A DNA stretch of 64,000 nucleotides from Chloroflexota bacterium (lineage in GTDB: Bacteria; Chloroflexota; UBA11872; VXOZ01): assembly GCA_964291655.2 (NCBI GenBank), contig OZ219802.1, positions 2,304,001-2,368,000 of the forward strand, in the 5' to 3' direction. Made by a program: the position numbers and the translations under genes. The number at the start of each line of letters is the position of its first letter. Within the stretch, counting starts at the first letter, position 1. Below are positions 60,301-64,000 of the stretch, piece after piece. Under the pieces are notes generated by a model that did no database searches, was not told the DNA's origin, and saw only the letters and a program-made list of their open reading frames with translations.

Positions 60301-60423
60301 GGACGGATAGCGCAGAGATGGAATGGTAACGCAGGGGCGGATGGGTATCGCAGGGATGGCTGGGTAGTGCAGGAACGGCTGGGTAGTGCAGGAACGGATG
60401 GGTAGCGCAGGTTTGTAACCTGC
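60301..60423 (+). repeat. 19-bp tandem array, six units, ending in REP family A
   Basis: Units start at 60301, 60320, 60339, 60358, 60377 and 60396. Confidence 0.85.
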
Positions 60424-60519
60424 GGCTTTGCCAGCTCTCTCAGGAGGGATTTGGCCCACATGCCTAGGCGCAACTGCCTGGGGTTCATGACATTGAAAAC
60501 AGCAAAGGAGGCACCCGAC

Positions 60520-61566
60520 ATGGCCGTACAGAGCGCACAGATCCTGTCACAAGACGAGTTGGCAGCGAAACTGGCAGAACAGCCGCGCGTCGAGCTCGGC
60601 ACATTCCCCACGCCCTTAGACGCTTGCCCCCGGCTTTCAGAGGCCGTGGGCGGGCCGCCGATCTACATCAAGCGCGACGACCTCACGGGCCTCGCCCTCG
60701 GAGGTAACAAGACCCGCAACCTGGAGTTTCAGTTAGGTTCGGCGCTAGCTCAGGGCTGCGATAGCGTGGTAGCCGGGGCTGATACCCAGTCGAACCAGTG
60801 CCGCCAGGCCTCCGCGGCCTGTGCCAAAGTGGGGCTGGAGTGCTTCCTCGTCCTGGCCGGCGGTCTCCACAACGAGGTGCAGGGCAACCTGCTGCTCGAT
60901 CACATCTTTGGCGCAAGCGTCACGGTGTTGGAAGACGTGAATATCGACGGCCTGCAAGCGCGCATCGATCCCATAGAGGCGGAGTTGCGCGCACAGGGCA
61001 GGAAGCCGTACCGCATCACGAGCATGTACCCCGAACCGGCGCTGCGGGCCATGTGTGGCTACTTGAGTTGCGCGCTGGAGCTTTCTACCCAGCTAGATTC
61101 TCTTCCCAATCCGCCAAGCACAATCTTCATCACTTCCGGCTCCGGCACGACCCACGCGGGTTTTGCGGCCGGAATCAAAGTGCTGGGACTGCCAATTAAA
61201 GTGGTTGGCATCACGATCAAAGAACCCGCGGACGAGCAGCGTGAGACCGTGGCAGCGCGATCCCAGCGGCTGGCGGAACAGCTTGACATTCCGTGCGGCC
61301 TTTCCGCGGATGAGGTCCACGTCTCGGATGACTATCTCGGCGCAGGCTACGGCGCGGTAACTGACGAAGGCATGGAAGCCATCCGGCTCACGGCCCAGCT
61401 CGAGGGTATATTGCTCGAACCCGTCTACACGGGCAAGACGATGTCCGGCGTCATCAACATGGCCCGCAACGGCGACCTGCCCCCCGATCAGCCGGTGATC
61501 ATGGTGCACACCGGCGGCATTCCAGCGCTCTTCGCGTACCACGAAGAGATGATGGCTGCACTCTAG
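60520..61566 (+). CDS. D-cysteine desulfhydrase family PLP enzyme
   Basis: KRDDLTG.A.GGNK.R.L, QSN, EPVYTGK, HTGG. ATG after GGAGG. Confidence 0.9.
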   Translation: MAVQSAQILSQDELAAKLAEQPRVELGTFPTPLDACPRLSEAVGGPPIYIKRDDLTGLALGGNKTRNLEFQLGSALAQGCDSVVAGADTQSNQCRQASAACAKVGLECFLVLAGGLHNEVQGNLLLDHIFGASVTVLEDVNIDGLQARIDPIEAELRAQGRKPYRITSMYPEPALRAMCGYLSCALELSTQLDSLPNPPSTIFITSGSGTTHAGFAAGIKVLGLPIKVVGITIKEPADEQRETVAARSQRLAEQLDIPCGLSADEVHVSDDYLGAGYGAVTDEGMEAIRLTAQLEGILLEPVYTGKTMSGVINMARNGDLPPDQPVIMVHTGGIPALFAYHEEMMAAL

Positions 61567-61648
61567 TAGGTGCAAGAGAGCGACATGACAATCTGCGGAC
61601 CGGCGATTGTGACGGCGGAAAGAGCCTCGAGTCTGAGGTAAGCAACCC

Positions 61649-62122
61649 ATGGGTACTATGAAACGGCTGGCGGCCATGGCGGGGTGTTGGCAAGGGTCCA
61701 ACCGCCTGCACGATCCCTTCTCGGGCAAGCCCGAAGATTCCACGTCCTCGATGGAACTGACCCCGCTCCTGGGGGGCCGGTTCATCCGTTTGGACTACGA
61801 CTGGAGCTACCGGGGCGCACGGCAGGAAGGCTCCCTTCTCATAGGCTGCCAACCAGACCACGGCAGGATGTCGGTTCACTGGATCGATTCGTGGCACATG
61901 TCGCACGACGTGCTGGCCTGCACCGGCGCCGTCGAGGAGAGCGGCGACGTCGACGTGCGCGGCAGCTACGCCGCGCCGCCGGGCCCGGACTGGGGCTGGC
62001 GCATCGTCATTCGGCCGGCAGAACCGGCTGCGCTGCACGTTGTCATGCACAACGTGACCCCCGGCGGCGAAGGGGAAGTGGCCGTCGAGGCGACTTTCAC
62101 GCGGGCGGAAGTCACCGACTGA
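61649..62122 (+). CDS. DUF1579-like beta-barrel protein
   Basis: L....G.W.G, LGGRF, WIDSWH, WGWR. Confidence 0.7.
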   Translation: MGTMKRLAAMAGCWQGSNRLHDPFSGKPEDSTSSMELTPLLGGRFIRLDYDWSYRGARQEGSLLIGCQPDHGRMSVHWIDSWHMSHDVLACTGAVEESGDVDVRGSYAAPPGPDWGWRIVIRPAEPAALHVVMHNVTPGGEGEVAVEATFTRAEVTD

Positions 62123-62157
62123 GTTGGAGGTTCCAGTGACGTCCTGGTGCTCGGACG

Positions 62158-62550
62158 TTAGCCTGCGGTCCCGTCCTTGCGGCTGTGGAGAAGAATCAGG
62201 TTGCCGTCGGGGTCAGCGATTCCTGCCGCGTAACAGGTAGTCTGCTCGCCGGGCTCGAGCACCACGTCCACCCCCTGCTCACGAAGTTCGTCAATGGCTT
62301 GGTGCACGTCATCGACTGCTATTGCAATTGCGGCGCTGCTGGCCTCTCCTTTCGCGGCATGGTCCTCGCGAGAGGACCGCAGCGCGAGCACCGTTGGCGT
62401 GTCACCGATCGCAAACTCCACCCACCCCGGATCGATCCACGCAAAGAGCGTTAGGCCCAGCGTGTTCTCGTAGAATTCTGCGCTGCGGCGAATGTCACTG
62501 ACGGTGTAACAGAAGAAATCGATGCCTCTCGGTTTCATTATTCTCTCCAC
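62158..62550 (-). CDS. VOC/glyoxalase family protein
   Basis: VSDI.RS..FY...LGL, VDDV, DPDGN. Confidence 0.9.
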   Translation of the reverse strand: MERIMKPRGIDFFCYTVSDIRRSAEFYENTLGLTLFAWIDPGWVEFAIGDTPTVLALRSSREDHAAKGEASSAAIAIAVDDVHQAIDELREQGVDVVLEPGEQTTCYAAGIADPDGNLILLHSRKDGTAG

Positions 62551-62777
62551 AGTCGATCAACATCACTGTGTTGATGTTCCGGCGTAGGTTAGGTTTACCC
62601 TGAGTGATGCGAGTGCAAGGTAGTCTGTCTCGATAGTAGCAGAAGCATGAAGCGATTCCAGCGATCTCAATTCATACTGCAGCTTTCTTTGGGAAAGCAG
62701 GGCGGCTCGGCTCCATTCAATGTGTCATTAATCTCCGCTCAGTGGCGCACCCTCTCGATGGTTGCGGTGCGACAGTC

Positions 62778-62806
62778 TTGACGAGCAACTCAAAGTCGTA
62801 TAGAAC
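62778..62806 (+). promoter_or_regulatory. Putative sigma70 promoter
   Basis: TTGACG-N17-TAGAAC, followed by two leader hairpins and GGAGG. Confidence 0.5.
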
Positions 62807-62900
62807 TATAGGAGAGGTAAGGCATTGCCACGCTAAGGAGATCGTTGCAATCGCGGTCGCTCCTTAGTTAGAGGCACAACTCTAATGGAGGTTTTCCGTA

Positions 62901-64000
62901 ATGGGTATTGTGCGTTCTATGAAAGTCACCCGGCGTACGGCACTCGCGAGCGCGGGAGCAAGCGCGCTCGGCGTGATGATAGCCGCAGCGTGCGGTCAGG
63001 CGACCGTGACAGCGCCCGAGGAAGCTCCCAAAGAGGAGATGAAGGAGGAGGCGCCCAAGGCTGAGGCGACGGCAATGCCGGAGGTCGAAACCGCAACAAT
63101 CGCCATGATCTCGGCGGAGAAACCCACTACGCGGCCGGTCTTGGAGCCAATCCTCGCCGATTTCACCGAGCAGATGCCGCACATCGCGGTTGACCTGGTG
63201 CCGTCCGGCGGTTGGGGCGAGGTGAGAACGAAGTTCTATGCGGCGCAGGCGGCCGGCGATCCGATTAACATCATGGAGAACGGCTGGAGCGCGGTTCTGA
63301 CGACATTTGAAACCGGTGTGACGATCGACCTCGCGCCGTTCTTTACGCGGGACAAGATTGATCCCGCCGCCACTTTTGCCGCCCCGGCCATAAACATGTG
63401 GACCGTGGAAGGCAGAATTCTCGGTATGCCCATCACCATGTCGGTAGACTCAATGGCCTACAACGTGGAGATCTTCGAGGCGGCCGGCATCAATCCCCTG
63501 CCCGTAGACCTTAACGACACCGACTGGAACATGGAAACACTCCTGGACTTGTCTACGCAGCTTACCAATGAAGACCGCACGCAGTTCGGCCACGGCGGCG
63601 GCATAACCTGCTCCAATGGCGGCGGCATCGGTACCGGCACCTTCTGGGGCGTGGGTCCGTGGGACTCCGAGGAGGGACGGGCAACGATAGACACGCCGGA
63701 GTTTATCGACGCGCTGGACTGGTGGCGCGATTTCGGCGACAAGCACCGCGTGACACCGAACGCTGATGAGCGTGAGGCGGCCATGGGTGGGCAGAGCGGC
63801 AACGTCTTCATGTCCGGTAAAGTGGCAATGCAGCTTACGTGCACGTCGTTCCGCGACGCGCCATTCACGTGGGCGCTGGCGACCATGCCGTATTCCGGCG
63901 AGGGGCCGAGCCAATCAGGCCGCACGTGGACGCACCCATTGCAGATGGCAGACGACGGCACCGACCAGAACGACTTGTCATGGGAGCTCTTCAAGTGGCT
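62901..64000 (+). CDS. Extracellular solute-binding lipoprotein (runs off window)
   Basis: Not in ORF track. Manual translation MGIVRSMKVTRRTAL..AAACGQ, later AYNVEIFEAAG and DWNME. Confidence 0.88.
   Translation, partial: MGIVRSMKVTRRTALASAGASALGVMIAAACGQATVTAPEEAPKEEMKEEAPKAEATAMPEVETATIAMISAEKPTTRPVLEPILADFTEQMPHIAVDLVPSGGWGEVRTKFYAAQAAGDPINIMENGWSAVLTTFETGVTIDLAPFFTRDKIDPAATFAAPAINMWTVEGRILGMPITMSVDSMAYNVEIFEAAGINPLPVDLNDTDWNMETLLDLSTQLTNEDRTQFGHGGGITCSNGGGIGTGTFWGVGPWDSEEGRATIDTPEFIDALDWWRDFGDKHRVTPNADEREAAMGGQSGNVFMSGKVAMQLTCTSFRDAPFTWALATMPYSGEGPSQSGRTWTHPLQMADDGTDQNDLSWELFKW

Noticed and set aside
60520-61566. ACC deaminase
   Set aside because: PVYTGK and HTGG carry Thr where true ACC deaminases have Glu and Leu, so D-cysteine desulfhydrase type is preferred

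Overview
GC-rich bacterial chromosomal window. Tat-lipoprotein solute-binding proteins and dense REP-like palindromes are consistent with a Chloroflexota-like organism, but this is inference only. It carries housekeeping genes (pepF-like, lepA, asd, dapB, pnp, glpK, rel, recJ, hom, thrC) among catabolic paralogues: three Ldh_2 dehydrogenases, three Gfo/Idh/MocA oxidoreductases, three amidohydrolases, two MFS transporters and four orphan solute-binding proteins. I saw no rRNA, tRNA, CRISPR array or intact transposase. The most unusual items are: (1) a TatB fused to a Cys4 SufR/V4R-like domain, near a His-rich MogA/MoaB; (2) a Rel with a duplicated zinc-finger domain; (3) a tandem triplet of PaREP1/HEPN-like genes; (4) a DUF5678-like plus retropepsin gene pair bounded by 21-bp inverted repeats; (5) an IS481-type MITE inserted in a REP hairpin loop; (6) a REP inserted in frame in a CDS; (7) a stand-alone integrase core-binding-like domain; (8) REP-seeded tandem arrays and several candidate structured RNAs. 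All family assignments are by eye, with no database searches.
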